DNA from: Catajapyx aquilonaris
Lineage: Eukaryota
Assembly (NCBI GenBank): GCA_000934665.2
Contig: JYFJ02000340.1
Span: forward strand, 1 to 64,000
DNA: 64,000 nt
Direction: 5' to 3'
Part shown: piece after piece, positions 62,128-64,000 of the stretch
Numbering within the stretch: the stretch's first letter is position 1
How the letters are laid out: each line of letters starts with the position of its first letter
The notes under the pieces: model-generated
Database searches by the model: none
The model's input: the letters and a program-made list of their open reading frames with translations, nothing else
What the model was told of the DNA's origin: nothing
Program-made: the position numbers and the translations under genes

Positions 62128-64000
62128 TATATTTCATGTTGACACATCTTGATAATAACATTTTTCTTTTAAAGTACCCAGTCGCCCATGATAATAGAAT
62201 CCAGTCAGAAAGCTCTCTTTCTCCAAACTCACGAACCGAATCTTGCAGTTACTTCCTTTATCCCAAAAGTTTTGGTTATGCGAAAGTGCAGCAGGTTTAT
62301 ACAATGCATTTGTTTACCCGTTGTTATAATTACGCGCTTCGAAAATCCCTTGTACTGGCGAAACTCTGCGCTACCTCTGCTGCATCTGAATTGGCCCAAC
62401 TTTTTACTCGGTCCCGGAATTTTACAACAGGGCTTCTTCTGCCGAGTTGTGGATTCGCAAGAAGCTATACCTGGTAGGCGCATTATACCTGTTATTACTG
62501 TATTCTGCATTAGCCTGCAGAAATACTGTTTTCTAAAGGACTGGAAAGGAATTCCCATCCGTCCACCCGGCCAGAAGAAACAAAGAAGAGTGCAATGAGG
62601 TGAATAGCCCTAGGTTCTACTGCGCTAGACTATAGAGTGGACACGATAGTACACAGCAGCAGCGTCCCAAGCTTGCAATGACGGCGGATGATCCCAAAGT
62701 GCAAAGCTGAGTTTCCTTCTTGGGTGGAAAAGACGAAAGGGCCTTGCAGAGAGAGAAGGAAGACTCCTTTCGGTCCAGTTGTGTGCGCCAACAGGTCTCC
62801 AGGGCCTAGGACACTGGCCGAGAGAGTAGGCAGGGGGGTGAAAAGGCCGAACCGAAAAGGGGGGTTCCCCGCATCAGCCGGCAAAAAGAGAGAGATAGAG
62901 GGGACCATGAGGGGGCCAATGGGGGGAACAGGGGAGCACATTACCCAGGTCTCCGATGGCCCCTGGCGCTTCTTTTTCTGCACCTTATCGCAGCCTCTCT
63001 ACTTCCCAATGGCTATCTGTACATGCGGATCTCTCTGGCTGCTACTCCCCCCCCCCACTTTGGTCCATATCTCCTCTACCTCTGGATGGAAATGTTTTGG
63101 AAAGCTTTATCTCACCACATGAGGCTGCAGCGTCCTCTTGCCACTGGCAATGTTCTTTATGACCAGCCGTTATTTCCACTGGGGATTATTGCAGCAACGA
63201 AACAGCAAGCGCAGCCGTCTTTGCTGCTTACAAACTTGCACTCCGTATCAAAACTTATCGACAAGCAGTCCTCTGCAGATATGCGCCACCAGAAAGGTAA
63301 CGGGGCTCGACTGCTGACAGGAGCAATAATGCTCGGCACAATCCGTTCATTTTTGCCCATCAACGCAATGGTGCCATTTTAGTCGGGGTTGCATATCCGG
63401 TGACGTGAGTTTGGGGTTACTTATTCATTTTTGGGCCAAATCGCCGAGACAGCTTTTTTGGAGCATGTGCACATAGGCAGACTGGAATTTTTGGCTGACA
63501 CTGTCAAATGACTTCGACAATGTGGAAAAACTGAACGGTTTATATGCAGATGGCTGGTCCCTTCCCCTTTATGCTGTAGAGAGTGTAGACCGACGGGCAT
63601 ATCGATTTCAATTGCAGCTATACTGAATTTTCATAAATGTGATGTAACGCAGTGTTTGAAATCCTACCCAAAATCCATTTTAAAATCCCGGTTGGGAACA
63701 AGCATAAATAACAAAAACACGTCATCGAAACTGATTTTCCAAAGAAACTGTCAGTGTACTGTGTGTGTACAGTACAGTGCTTATCACTAAACGAGGCAAT
63801 TCGAGATTTGGTCAATACCAATCCTCCTTTTGAATGCGTATATGCTCGTCTACATTTCCCTGAAAAAAAAATTCAAACGCTTCTAGTCTATCACCAGGTT
63901 GAACTTGATTCGCACGCTCTGTTCAAATACTTCACAATGTCATTATATACCCAACGGTATGACAGGCACTCTCTGCAAACGCGGAGGTTAAAAAGTAGGT

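Overview
Eukaryotic, most likely arthropod, genomic DNA. It is almost all intron of one minus-strand gene encoding a Sidestep-family immunoglobulin adhesion protein (often annotated nephrin-like). Only two coding exons are supportable, 26173-26041 and 1012-804. They splice in phase across a 25,028-nt GT-AG intron and together encode the N-terminal Ig V-type domain. The rest is non-autonomous mobile DNA and simple repeats: several tRNA-derived SINE families (many with target-site duplications, TSDs, some nested), TA-flanked Tc1/mariner-type MITEs and deletion derivatives, fold-back palindromes and microsatellites. The most unusual items are (1) a four-copy element family with perfect 8-bp TSDs, no true terminal inverted repeats (TIRs) and a large internal palindrome whose two arms share copy-specific variants, (2) SINEs with swapped 3' tails and a shared 3' stem-loop whose sequence differs while pairing is kept, and (3) a mariner derivative built from two right ends. 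Nearly all entries in the ORF track look spurious. No CRISPR array or prokaryotic system was seen. All alignments were done by eye, with no database searches.
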